Positions 13,001 to 23,350 of a stretch of DNA of 64,000 nucleotides are shown here, piece after piece. The translations under genes were made by a program, and so were the position numbers. Where the stretch lies: the NCBI GenBank assembly GCA_001600815.1, contig BCKZ01000019.1, positions 62,001-126,000 on the forward strand. Reading direction: 5' to 3'. The DNA comes from Alloascoidea hylecoeti. Its lineage: Eukaryota. Positions within the stretch are counted from its first letter, which is position 1; the number at the start of each line of letters is the position of its first letter. The notes below the pieces were generated by a model. It ran no database searches. It had not been told where the DNA came from and saw only the letters and a list, made by a program, of their open reading frames with translations.

Positions 13001-13282
13001 ATTGAGTATATTCATGGTATTCAAATGATTCCTGTAACTCCGATTTCATCATTAATTAGAGGCCCAACATTTGTTAAACAAGAATGGGATTCAATTATCT
13101 CATCAATGGTCGATACCCTTGATAGTGGTTGGAGAGGTATATTAAAATTAAATCAAGCATTATATGATCCTGAAACAAGTTGGAGTTTTTTTACTCAAGA
13201 TAATTTCAATTCAAATTGGTTGGATAATGGTGCAAGTTTGACTTGGTGTTTAGCTTATGTGGCAGGGCTTAAATCAACATAA
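10049..13282 (+). CDS. DSE4: Secreted GH81 endo-1,3-beta-glucanase (Eng1/Dse4 type) with Ser/Thr-rich stalk
   Basis: Signal peptide and S/T-rich region. GH81 motifs ETNKFYAN, YNDHHFHYGY, DWFHGHSWAKG, DGKDQESSSED, HGIQMIP. Confidence 0.9.
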   Translation: MIKRNIRFFLLQLFIVKSFCATEVLWVTQNTLRTVTRPLKYDYVTLLNPVSTSLHVATMTNAGKTTTVTTLFTATATPTVIDSGSYVITINSVVTAPDPLITGSLPTLIPSTLINLSTITEGTTIVTTTTATFTKTKGDIDPQFTGTTSGINSLYTSSFSPQPSSSGFSSLGIRTITSSSSFITSVYPTASTFFAEDLTELDPSSFITTVFPTTSTFFVEDLTESGACSEFSSYNLITSVISTSAQYSNSTSYTFSSNTTTKQHEFSESASSSSLFPIYSSSGSKNITSTPVRSSSFSIPSITSITSSSLSDASFTKTESTASATNTSLSSRSSLSTIPSITLSSLSSTSITRTESTAITSDTPSTFSIFDPISTDAPPAVFQRSELILERPSHISSAKVVETNKFYANLFLGSFTNMVWTHPYGFWWDKSSFYGLGVSHTRVSQRTYGDTNSNGAVQNYINPVNVASLIFSSTTFTDSNVNMVLENLETFSVDVKLGLNNQDYIKFPLVQGISFASGIYNGNLIPLLRSSIGFKSVSAVSSTNVNSKTTNIFKALLFDGTTWLIYAVTPNGENFNFNVKDSNNMVGSQSIDGLLIQVTVLSSDDNQTYYDQVSGAYATSASLSGTSNSLTSSWSIDYEISGKNYLNSNEIIIFAFPHHLENISGGKNTGIKLSSTTKGDMTGILASSLSFFETLPVDVGFLPWSQQLKSSTTLSFSSEELQKIAIAANKELTIDIESAVSTDSTYTSGKLIDKFAYILLTLSDIIRDDAVTNATLATMKVAFELFLKNQQITPLMYDTRWGGVTSTGAQATGDSGADFGSPFYNDHHFHYGYFIHAAAVVGHVDLKFGGTWANDNKDWVNSLIRDVANPSSSDTYFPVSRNFDWFHGHSWAKGLFDSADGKDQESSSEDYNFAYGMKLWGRIINDKSMETRGNLMLAIMKRSMNLYYLYSDDNTVEPSNYIKNRVPGILFENKFDYTTYFGTNIEYIHGIQMIPVTPISSLIRGPTFVKQEWDSIISSMVDTLDSGWRGILKLNQALYDPETSWSFFTQDNFNSNWLDNGASLTWCLAYVAGLKST

Positions 13283-14435
13283 TTAATATCAATAATTAAT
13301 TTGATAAGGATGCTTGAATTTTTCACTTTTTATTTTTCATTAATTCTTACTTTTGATCTAAGCAATTAATGATATTATACAATAAAACCATATATATATC
13401 AATATTTTGATATTGTTTGCATATTTTTATTTTGGTTTTTATCCGTTTTTAAAAATGGTGTTTTTTTTACTTTATTTTTGTTTTAATTATAAAATACATA
13501 ACTTCACATTTATATTTAAATTTGTTTATTTTCGTTTTAATAAAATTGCTCTAAAATTACATCTCATGTGTAGACGTAACAAATGGAATGTCTCATGTGT
13601 TCAGGATTGTCGAAATATTCAATATTATTGAGATTAATTAAAGATCAATTGCAATTGATTGTTGCTATAGATCCAAAATCCCAATATATGAATGTCTTAT
13701 ATATGTTAATGTTCAAATCAATTATTTCATGTAGACAACTATAGATTTTGGTATAAGGAGAATGAAAACTTAGGAAGTGTATGTTGGCACAAATGGAGGG
13801 TGGAACATTGGTGCATCTACATAGTAGTAGAAATCTAAATATTGACGCGTGGATGCCAAAGTAATATGAATGGGGCAAAATAAAAGCAAATGGTCCATTT
13901 AAACTTCTAGATTCGTCAATTTGACAGCACGTGAAATAGTTCGAGTGTTGCGTGACAATTACATAATACTATGGGGATCGATAATATAAGTAAAACTTGG
14001 AGACAAACATTCTTCCCCTATTTCAATTCTCAATTAAATCAATAAAGTTATAATAATCCATTTATACCAATTGCGGGTTATATTGACATTTTGTTATCAG
14101 TTCTGCTTTTTTCTTTTTTTCAAAAGGAGTTGAAGTTTAAATTTAAATTGTGAAATTTAAAACTGTTTAAAATTTTCACATCTGCTGCTTCTTTTTAAAA
14201 CTCACTAAAAATATTTTTTTTATCTATTTACCGAAATTTTCAAAGGACACAAAACTAAATTAAAAATTCAACTCAACTCTTTTATTAACTACCATTTTCT
14301 AATCTCAATTAGAGCTAACAAAAACTAAATAAACTGTTTAGTGCAAATTGATTATAATTATTCAAAATTATAATTCATGATAATAATAATATTTGATCTA
14401 ACATTTAAAAATAATATTAAAAGAAATAAAAGAAT

Positions 14436-16847
14436 ATGCCAAAACTACCAATGCTATCAGGTTCACCATCATCATCAAGTTCAAATATAAATCTAGCTCA
14501 TTCTTCAAAATCAAGTAAAGAAATACCTCATTACTCTTCATCTTCATCGAGGAAGTTCCCATACCAGTATGGCTCAAAACATCATAGCAGTTCTCGTTCA
14601 AGGAAATATCCATCTTATTCCCAATCAACTCCAACAAGGATACGTACAAGATCAAATTCAATAAATAGAAGAATAAGAAGAGCAAGAAGAAGTAGTATCG
14701 CTAGAAAACAGGCTAAAAGGAATAGACGTTTAAGACGATCACATGGTGATGATGTTGATATTGACGTTGATGACGATGATGAAGACGATGAAGACGACGA
14801 CGATGATGATAATGATGATGAAAAGGACGACGAGGATATCAATTCTGACTCCTCATTATCCGATGTCTCTTTAAATGTCAACTCTAATATAAATCGTTCT
14901 ATGAAAAGTTATCGTGGTAAAGGCGGAAAAAATATTTCAAAAATAATGAGGAATCATTATTTTGAAGGTGATAATGATAATGCAATCGAAGATACTTCTT
15001 CTTCAAACAATGATAGTGATGATAATGATAATGAAGAAGAAGAAGAAGAAGAAGAAGAAGAAGAAGAAGATGATGATGATGATGTTAACGAAAAGGAAGA
15101 ATTTGAATTTGATTTCCCGGCCGGACCAAATAAAATTGGAAATGAGGATGAAAATGAAGACTTGGGTGAACCAATATCACCAATAATAAATAATAATACC
15201 TCTTCATCATTAACATTTGAACCAAATCATGACGATATTGTACCCGAATTACAATCATCTGATTCTGATGAAAATCTTCCTTCTTCCGATGATGATAATT
15301 TTGATCAAGATGCTTTATTAGCTGTCATTGATGCATCATCAGATAATCATAGTGATGCCGAATCATCAGAAGAAGATGAAGATGAATTGTTAAAAGCTGA
15401 AGAAGCTGCAATTGTACAAGACTTTTCTGATATGGAGCAAGAAGATTTAGAAACGGACTTATCTGCATTGGCATTAAAAAATAAATATCAGTCTTATTAC
15501 AATGATGATGATCAAGATTTAATGCATCAACAGTACAATGCTAGTGATGAGGATGAGGATGAAGAGGATGAGGAATATGGTGAGACACCATTCTGGGAAG
15601 ATCCATTTACTGGCCATTCAAATAAAGACGAAGAATATGTGAATAAACTATTACAAGCTAGTAAAGAGTATGAACTATATGACCTTAATAATACTAATAA
15701 CAATAATAATGATGATTATTTATATAATTATTTTAATGAAGACCATGGAGAATCTGAAGAATATGAACTACGAGATGATTATAATGATTCACAGTCAGAA
15801 TCAGAATCAGATTCAGATTCCAATTCCGAAACATCTGATGAATCAGATTATCCAGGTTTCAATGGAAATAGAAACGACAAAAAAACAAACAGTAAAACAA
15901 AAAATAAATCAAAAAGTAAAAATAATGATTATAATAATGAGGATGATTTTACAGATGAAGAAACAGATCAAGAAGAAAATTTACCAAATTCAACAGTTCG
16001 TCGTACATTATTAAATACAAAAGCGAAGGAAGTTCTAGGTTCAGCACATTCAAGTTCAAGACCACCGCCACTAGCATCTTGGGTTATGCCTTCAAGTACA
16101 CCATATGGTATAATTGATGGTCAAAATACTAGATCATTAAATTCTTCAATTCATTTTGCATCACCAAATAAGAATCCTCATAATGATATTTTACATAGAA
16201 AATCGAAAAGTATGGGTGTAAATAAGTCAACAGCAGATGAAAATCAATTATTTCCATCATCATCATTGACAGCTACTCCAAATAACAACACTAATGAATC
16301 ACCTTGGAAATTCGATGAATTTATAAATACGTCTGAATTTGATGATGATGATTCAATTGCAATAACAACACCATCAATTTTTAAAAATAATGTGCCGTTA
16401 TCAGCATTTAGGAATCGAAACAATAATATCAATAATGATTTGGAATTACAACAATTGAAACTTCCAAAATTTAAGACTAATGATCATTTAACACCATTAG
16501 CGAATAGAAGTAGAGGACGAAATAAAAGCAAGAAGAATAAGAAACGACATAATCTTGACAATAGTATTGATTTTATGAATGGGACTCCAATAAAATCGAA
16601 ATTTAATAACAGTATTAATAAGGATATATCGAGAAGAAGACGAAAGTCACGGCCAGATACAAATAATTTATCTGATATTGGGACAGGAGCATCGTTTTTA
16701 GAACCTCCATTGACACCATTTAGTGGCCTACGTCAAACAAGAGCAGGATTGTTTCCAGAAGAAACAGCTAATGGAGTTCAGGATTGGTTAAATGAATTTG
16801 GTGATATGGATGGAATGAGTAGTTTTTTTGAGTCCAATGCCAATTGA
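14436..16847 (+). CDS. IFH1: Ifh1/Crf1-like ribosomal-protein gene coactivator (acidic, forkhead-binding domain)
   Basis: Long Asp/Glu tracts. Segment DFTDEETDQEENLP...KAKEVL...SRPPPLASW...PYGIIDGQNTRSL resembles the Ifh1/Crf1 FHB domain. Confidence 0.7.
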   Translation: MPKLPMLSGSPSSSSSNINLAHSSKSSKEIPHYSSSSSRKFPYQYGSKHHSSSRSRKYPSYSQSTPTRIRTRSNSINRRIRRARRSSIARKQAKRNRRLRRSHGDDVDIDVDDDDEDDEDDDDDDNDDEKDDEDINSDSSLSDVSLNVNSNINRSMKSYRGKGGKNISKIMRNHYFEGDNDNAIEDTSSSNNDSDDNDNEEEEEEEEEEEEDDDDDVNEKEEFEFDFPAGPNKIGNEDENEDLGEPISPIINNNTSSSLTFEPNHDDIVPELQSSDSDENLPSSDDDNFDQDALLAVIDASSDNHSDAESSEEDEDELLKAEEAAIVQDFSDMEQEDLETDLSALALKNKYQSYYNDDDQDLMHQQYNASDEDEDEEDEEYGETPFWEDPFTGHSNKDEEYVNKLLQASKEYELYDLNNTNNNNNDDYLYNYFNEDHGESEEYELRDDYNDSQSESESDSDSNSETSDESDYPGFNGNRNDKKTNSKTKNKSKSKNNDYNNEDDFTDEETDQEENLPNSTVRRTLLNTKAKEVLGSAHSSSRPPPLASWVMPSSTPYGIIDGQNTRSLNSSIHFASPNKNPHNDILHRKSKSMGVNKSTADENQLFPSSSLTATPNNNTNESPWKFDEFINTSEFDDDDSIAITTPSIFKNNVPLSAFRNRNNNINNDLELQQLKLPKFKTNDHLTPLANRSRGRNKSKKNKKRHNLDNSIDFMNGTPIKSKFNNSINKDISRRRRKSRPDTNNLSDIGTGASFLEPPLTPFSGLRQTRAGLFPEETANGVQDWLNEFGDMDGMSSFFESNAN

Positions 16848-17122
16848 GCATTGTATATATTTTAATTGATTTCCCACTTGCACGGTTTGGTGTTCTAATA
16901 CGGTTATGATGTTTTCCTGTAGTCCTAAGCTGTTTGAGCTTGGCTCTGCAAGCCTACCTGAATGACTCTGCATGACCCCCCATTAGGTGAAACTGCATGC
17001 ATAGACCTGTAATTAACATAATATAATAATTATTATAAAAGACTCCAGATCTTCTCCTTCTCCTTCAAGTCTTTCAAATTTCATTGTCAGTTATAAATAG
17101 AAATAAAAAAAAGTAGATTTCG

Positions 17123-19177
17123 ATGCCTTCTTCTCGGTTTCTAACGTCTCATTTGGACTCAGCTTCATTATCACAGATCTCTTCAACTCCTTCAAAATCA
17201 TCCGATACTTCAAATTATAGTGGTGACTATAGTGCTGACAATATTAATCAAAATGTTCCTGCTGATCACTCACAAACACAGATAAATTATAATGCTAGTA
17301 ATATAGGGTACAACAGCGTCCCTACCCCCCTACGGAACCCATTTGATTCAGAGTCTTCCACCCCAAACTCCTCGGCCTCTTTACTAGCCCCTACAGCAGG
17401 ATCTCTCAATTTTATCTACAACGATGCCTACCGAGCTTCCAATATTGGCATTACTGCTGATTTGAGTCGATATCCCGTACCAGTACCTGTGCCTTTCGGC
17501 TCCTCTGTAAGTAGATCAGCACTACAATATTTGAATGATTCTTCTTATTCAGTTCCAAATGAACGAGGCTCAGCGAATAATATCTACAACAATAGTAATA
17601 GTGATCGTGAACATGATATTATAACTTCTCCCTTTGGTGGATTTCCAGCCACCGATTTTCCCTTGACAATGGATGATAAGGAGGCTGATGATTATATACA
17701 TAATCCTGACCCAATACTGGATGCAAAACTAGATCGAAAATGTTCGACTGTGGGTTGGAATAGAAGAACTTATATCAATTTATCCGGGTTTCTATTTATA
17801 GTTATTGGCTTATTGGTCCTATTTGTCCTTCTTCCGGTCCTAACTTTTTCTAATGTCACTACTAAAGGAAGGCCTGAATCATATGAAATATTAACTGAAT
17901 ATAGTTATCCATTGTTATCAGGTATAAGGACAAATTTAGTTGATAGTGATACTCCTGATGATGCATTGACAAGAGAAGCACTAGATGGTTCAAAATGGAA
18001 ATTGGTCTTTTCTGATGAGTTTAATGCGGTTGGCAGAACTTTTTACGAAGGTGATGATCAATTTTGGACCGCTGTTGATTTACATTATGCTGCAACAGAA
18101 GATTTAGAATGGAGTGATCCTGATTCTATTCAAACTTCAAACGGTACTCTTAAAATTCGAATGGATGCCTATAAAAATCATGATTTATTTTATAGATCAG
18201 GAAATCTACAAAGTTGGAATAAATTATGTTTTACACAAGGAATTTACGAGGTTAGTGCAAAATTACCTGGACATGGTAAAATACTAGGATTCTGGCCCGG
18301 TATTTGGACAATGGGGAATCTGGGGAGACCAGGTTATTTATCAACAACTGATGGGGTCTGGCCTTATTCTTACAATGAATGTGATGCTGGAATAACTCCA
18401 AATCAATCTTCTTCTGATGGAATTTCTTACTTATTGGGACAAAGACTAAATAAATGTACTTGTGATGGTGAAGACCATCCAAATCAAGGTACTGGTAGAG
18501 GTGCTCCAGAAATCGATGCTTTAGAAGGTGCAAATGATGCAATCATTAAGAATGGTGTTGTTTCACAATCACTTCAAGTTGCTCCATATGATATTTGGTA
18601 CATTCCCAATTACGAGTATATTGAGATTTATAATAAATCAATTACAAATATGAATTCTTATACTGGTGGTCCTTTCCAACAGGCAATTTCTGGTTTAACA
18701 ACCTTAAATACTTTATGGTATGAAAATACAACAGATAAGAGTGGTGATTCTACTGGAGATTCACATTTTCAAACTTATAGTTTTGAATATTTAAATGATG
18801 ATAAAGATGGTTATGTTAGATTTTTTGTTGGAGATGATGCAACTTATACATTATATTCAAATGCTTTACAAGAAAATGGTAACGTTGGTCAAAGACTGAT
18901 TTCAAAAGAACCAATGTCAATGATTTTAAACTTTGGTATTTCAAATTCTTGGACATATATTGATTGGACAAGTTTACAATTTCCAAGTACAATGGAAATT
19001 GATTATGTTAGAGTTTATCAACCAACGGGATCAGTTAGTGTAACTTGTGATCCAAGTGATTACCCAACCTATGATTATATTAACGATCATCCAAAAGCTT
19101 ACAAGAATGTTAATTTAACTACTTGGGAAAGTACAGAGTATGGATTTCCAAAAAATAAATTAATGAGCGGCTGTTAA
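17123..19177 (+). CDS. KRE6: Beta-1,6-glucan synthesis protein, GH16 Kre6/Skn1 family
   Basis: EADDYIHNPDP, a single TM helix, WKLVFSDEFN, QSWNKLCF, GRGAPEIDALE, IDYVRVYQ, C-terminal PKNKLMSGC. Confidence 0.93.
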   Translation: MPSSRFLTSHLDSASLSQISSTPSKSSDTSNYSGDYSADNINQNVPADHSQTQINYNASNIGYNSVPTPLRNPFDSESSTPNSSASLLAPTAGSLNFIYNDAYRASNIGITADLSRYPVPVPVPFGSSVSRSALQYLNDSSYSVPNERGSANNIYNNSNSDREHDIITSPFGGFPATDFPLTMDDKEADDYIHNPDPILDAKLDRKCSTVGWNRRTYINLSGFLFIVIGLLVLFVLLPVLTFSNVTTKGRPESYEILTEYSYPLLSGIRTNLVDSDTPDDALTREALDGSKWKLVFSDEFNAVGRTFYEGDDQFWTAVDLHYAATEDLEWSDPDSIQTSNGTLKIRMDAYKNHDLFYRSGNLQSWNKLCFTQGIYEVSAKLPGHGKILGFWPGIWTMGNLGRPGYLSTTDGVWPYSYNECDAGITPNQSSSDGISYLLGQRLNKCTCDGEDHPNQGTGRGAPEIDALEGANDAIIKNGVVSQSLQVAPYDIWYIPNYEYIEIYNKSITNMNSYTGGPFQQAISGLTTLNTLWYENTTDKSGDSTGDSHFQTYSFEYLNDDKDGYVRFFVGDDATYTLYSNALQENGNVGQRLISKEPMSMILNFGISNSWTYIDWTSLQFPSTMEIDYVRVYQPTGSVSVTCDPSDYPTYDYINDHPKAYKNVNLTTWESTEYGFPKNKLMSGC

Positions 19178-20102
19178 TTATTGCTCCAGTGGGATAATGT
19201 CCAAAAAATTGGAATTTCAATTTCCATTAATATTATTTATTAAGTTCAAGTTTCAACTGCAAGGTTCAACTTTATAATCAAAAGATTCAAAAAAATCAAA
19301 ACTAGTAAGCTATAATATTTTGCTTTAAGTTATGTATACTATCATCATCATAATAATAATAATAAATTAATATATTGCATTTAATAAAACTTAATATTTC
19401 TTTTGCAAGTAACGTAAGGAATGTGTTCCAAGGGTCGCATATCTCAGGATAGAGCCCCACTCTATGTGAGCAGGACAGGCGATGGTCTAAGTAAATGATC
19501 AATATCAAGTATAAAATATAGGTTATGTGACTATATGTAATATAGTACTGGTGCTTTATCTACTAAGATATATTCAGTATGTATTGCCATTTCGGTATAT
19601 TAATCCACGGAGATTAGAGACAAAATTCGTAAATCATTTTGTTTTCTTAAAAAGCAGATTGGTGTCGTACCTTATAAAATTATCGATATCAAAGGGTATT
19701 GGGATTGTGAGAAATAAATGGAACGTCGGTCAAACATTGATGTTTGTTTCTCCAAGATATCTCTTGTTATTAATATTTGTTGATTATAGTGCGAACTATG
19801 TTCTTCAAAAGTACGAATTATTAGTTGCAGCCATTGTTAAATTACGTATCGGTCTTAAAATTGTATGCATCATCACATGACATGTAATGATATTATGCAT
19901 TGACAGTAAAAAACACCAACTTATCCAACAAGATTTAATCGACATGTTATATAAATGCTATACATTTGGCTGTTTCGTCACATTTCACAATTAACCCTCA
20001 TAAACATTATAATTAAATTAAATAGTTGCACTTATATCGTTAAGTTATCATAAATAAACCAAAAGCAAAAAAGCAAAAAAGCAGAGCTTGAGTAAAACAA
20101 AG

Positions 20103-20747
20103 TCATCTGCCACTAACCTCCAAAATCCGATTCCTCCTCTCAAGTTTAAAATCCGATTTGACCAATTCCGATTCTAATTTTGTACTGTAATCATTATCAT
20201 TATCATAATCACTAAACTTTTTAATGATTCTTCTTTTACCTTTTAACATTTCTCCAACAATATCCATTCTAACTTTTTTTGAGAATTCAAAAATCAAAAA
20301 CATCATCTTCTTTTCATTTGGTGATACATAATAAGGAGTTTTTAAAATATTTAATTTAAATAATTCAAAACTTGTTGGTTTATTGTTTACTAAAAACCAT
20401 TCAATATTCTTTTTAATGATTTTTTTCTTTTTAACAATTATATATTTTGATAAACAAAATAATCTTAATTTTTTATTTGTTTTTGATAATTTGATTATAT
20501 CGGGATAATCAAGATAATTTGTTATTATTTTATATAACAATTCTGGTGGTAGATTCACAAGATTAACTTTTTCATTGGTTTTTGAATTATTCTCATTATC
20601 GTTATTGCTGCTATTATCAATACATTTTGGTGATGGTAGCTCATCGTAAGGTTTCATACTATCATTGCCACTGTTCATAAAGTCAAGATCGGTTATAGGT
20701 GTTTGCCATTGGAAATAATCAGGGATGTAATAAGAAACAGCTTTCAT
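20103..20747 (-). CDS. F-box domain protein
   Basis: NLVNLPPELLYKIITNYLDYPDIIKLSKTNKKLRLFC is a typical F-box; 214-aa ORF starting at ATG. Confidence 0.75.
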   Translation of the reverse strand: MKAVSYYIPDYFQWQTPITDLDFMNSGNDSMKPYDELPSPKCIDNSSNNDNENNSKTNEKVNLVNLPPELLYKIITNYLDYPDIIKLSKTNKKLRLFCLSKYIIVKKKKIIKKNIEWFLVNNKPTSFELFKLNILKTPYYVSPNEKKMMFLIFEFSKKVRMDIVGEMLKGKRRIIKKFSDYDNDNDYSTKLESELVKSDFKLERRNRILEVSGR

Positions 20748-21047
20748 ATTTCTTGTATTTCATATAGCTATAGGTGAATAAACATGTAACAAAAGTGAAG
20801 ATGAAGAAGAAAGCAAAGTAAATGACGATGTTTTAGATATTTAGTACGAATATTTAAGTTTATAATTTTATTTTCGCAGGTGTGTGATGTTTGTGAACTT
20901 AAGACAATTATAAGTTCTAGGCTCAACTTCAAACAATTGTCAAACAAAATTATAACAGTTTATAACATGCTAATAGTTATATATAAACGTCATACACAAT
21001 ATACAGAGATCTCATAAGCCACTGATATATTAATTTCTACCTCAAAT

Positions 21048-23102
21048 TCATAATTCGTCATGCAATACATTGCCCTTTTGTGCTAATATCATTTCTTTTT
21101 CTTCCCTTATAATATCAACCTTCATTTGATCGAGACATCCAATTGGTGATTTTATTTTAACACCATATGTACATTTTTCTTCTTCCATGACACTCAAAAT
21201 CTCATCACTTTCGCCACAATAAACATCTATTATTCCGGATCTCGGAGGTCCGTTCCAACACTTTTGTCCATCATTATAGAATAGTCTTAAAGTAGGTAGA
21301 TCTAATATTGATTCAGTACTTTCAATAATATCATCTTCTGAATGTAAAAACTCAACTCTATTGTAGTTTCCAATCCTTGAATTATGAGAACTTGCAGTCT
21401 GTCGTAAATCGTTTAAGAAACATAATTTATAGTCATAACCAGAAATATGTTTTTCGATACATTTATCTTCTAAAGCTCTTAAAATATTTAACGGGCCATA
21501 TCGATCAGTATCATCTAAATCATTTTCTGATTCGTTTATTTCTCTTTCAAGATTACTAATTTGTGATTCAAGATCTTGAATATTCGATGATTTCGATGAT
21601 TTCGATGGATTTGAAGAATCGGATGATGAGGGATTTGATATAATTCTTGATGATGGTATACCTAAAAATGAATTTAATAGATCATTTAGAAAATCAAAAA
21701 ATTTATCACCTAATGATTTTGGTTCAGTGTTAGGCTCTTCTGTTGCTTGAACAAAGTCATTTTTTTCATTCTCTTCATCGTTATTTTCATCGTTATTTTC
21801 ATTTTGTTTGACGTTTAAGGATGATGAATATTTAATTCTTTTTTCGAATGAATCAATTAACTCAACAAATAAATCAGATTCTTGAATCAATTCAGTTTCA
21901 TTCGGCCCTTCATCCTTCTCACCCAAATATTCTTCCCATTCTCTAACAGTGCTTTTAACAACCCCATCGTTAAAATTAGGATTATAATCTAATGATAATG
22001 CTTCTAAAATTGATTCACATGGTTTTAAATAATTCACATCAAAATTATTAACTGTTAGTAATAATAAATCAGGTATTTTTTTAAACAATGATAAAGTTTG
22101 TAAAATATTATCTTTTGCTCTATCTTTATTAATACCTTCTTCTTCATTAGCTGAATTGAGTTTTATTACTTCTTCTTCTAAATACGTTTTCTCTTGTAAA
22201 TATTCAAATTCTGATAATGATGGTATATGGTCTAATTCTGTCTTTGATAATAATGCTTCCCAATCGTTAACTGCTTTAACGACGGCAACATCATTAACAT
22301 TTTTATTGTAATTTTCTTTTAAATGGTTTAATAAATCAACTAATTTATTGTAGGATTGTAATTGTTTTGATAAATATCCTTTTAATGTATCATGTCCTTC
22401 ATTAAGTTTTTTAATATCAATAATAACTTCAATTCCAGATTCATATTCATTTTCATTTTCATTCTCGTCTTCATGCTCATTTTTATTATTTTCAGCTTTC
22501 AACTCTTCATTAATTAAGTTGATTCTTAATTTTTCAAGTTCTTCTTCCATTCTAGTAATTTCATTTCTTTTATTCTCAATAATTTGTTTTGTTTTTTTGA
22601 TTAATACTTGTTTCTCCTTCAATCCCTTTTCAATGATATTTTTTTTACTTTTTAAAGTACTCCACCATTCTTTACTCAATTCTTTACAAGAATTAGCACA
22701 ACCTTTTTCTCTGTTATCTTCCATTATACCAATTAATGAAAATTCATCACTACCATCACAACAATCACAGACTCCATCAGCAACTTTAAAAGAATCAATG
22801 TATTCACCTTTAAATCCAATATTTTTACAATAAAATTTAGCATTATAACATGCTGAAGTTCCTGGTTCATCACTTCCATCTGGACAATCACAATAATTGT
22901 CATTAATTTGAGAATAGTTTAAAATTATTGATGGATCTTCTAAACAGCTCCATTTACCATCTTTAGTTGGTTTATAAAGAGATTGTTTTGACTTTGGTAT
23001 ACCAGCAACCTCAACCTCAATTGAGGATGAATCAACAGCCTCAACAATACCAATAACAAACCATACTAATGTAAATATTTCAGAAGTCGTTGAGATCTTC
23101 AT
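21048..23102 (-). CDS. GTB1: Glucosidase II beta subunit
   Basis: Likely start MKISTT (ATG 23102) with signal peptide. INDNYCDCPDGSDEPGTSAC, DGVCDCCDGSDE, MRH domain YNDGQKCWNGPPRS...EEEKCTY, C-terminal HDEL. Confidence 0.93.
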   Translation of the reverse strand: MKISTTSEIFTLVWFVIGIVEAVDSSSIEVEVAGIPKSKQSLYKPTKDGKWSCLEDPSIILNYSQINDNYCDCPDGSDEPGTSACYNAKFYCKNIGFKGEYIDSFKVADGVCDCCDGSDEFSLIGIMEDNREKGCANSCKELSKEWWSTLKSKKNIIEKGLKEKQVLIKKTKQIIENKRNEITRMEEELEKLRINLINEELKAENNKNEHEDENENENEYESGIEVIIDIKKLNEGHDTLKGYLSKQLQSYNKLVDLLNHLKENYNKNVNDVAVVKAVNDWEALLSKTELDHIPSLSEFEYLQEKTYLEEEVIKLNSANEEEGINKDRAKDNILQTLSLFKKIPDLLLLTVNNFDVNYLKPCESILEALSLDYNPNFNDGVVKSTVREWEEYLGEKDEGPNETELIQESDLFVELIDSFEKRIKYSSSLNVKQNENNDENNDEENEKNDFVQATEEPNTEPKSLGDKFFDFLNDLLNSFLGIPSSRIISNPSSSDSSNPSKSSKSSNIQDLESQISNLEREINESENDLDDTDRYGPLNILRALEDKCIEKHISGYDYKLCFLNDLRQTASSHNSRIGNYNRVEFLHSEDDIIESTESILDLPTLRLFYNDGQKCWNGPPRSGIIDVYCGESDEILSVMEEEKCTYGVKIKSPIGCLDQMKVDIIREEKEMILAQKGNVLHDEL

Positions 23103-23241
23103 TCTTTTTTTAAGCCAATATTCGTCAGGGAAGAATTGATTTAAGATGGGTGAGTTGTCACTTGAAAAGTTGGTCACGTGATATATGATGAGAAAATATT
23201 ATTGTTGGGTACGAATAGTTAAGTTTTGATATATATCCTAT

Positions 23242-23290
23242 TTATTCTTATTTTTATTCTTATTTTTATTCTTATTTTTATTCTTATTTT
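23242..23290. repeat. 12-bp tandem repeat (TTATTCTTATTT) x ~4
   Basis: Read directly from the sequence. Confidence 0.85.
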
Positions 23291-23350
23291 ATATATATAT
23301 CAATTATAAAATGTTCTAAACTTAAGAGTTGTATATATATATAAATAATA

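Noticed and set aside
19527..19880. 117-aa ORF starting at GTG
   Set aside because: Non-ATG start, AT-driven composition, no motif.
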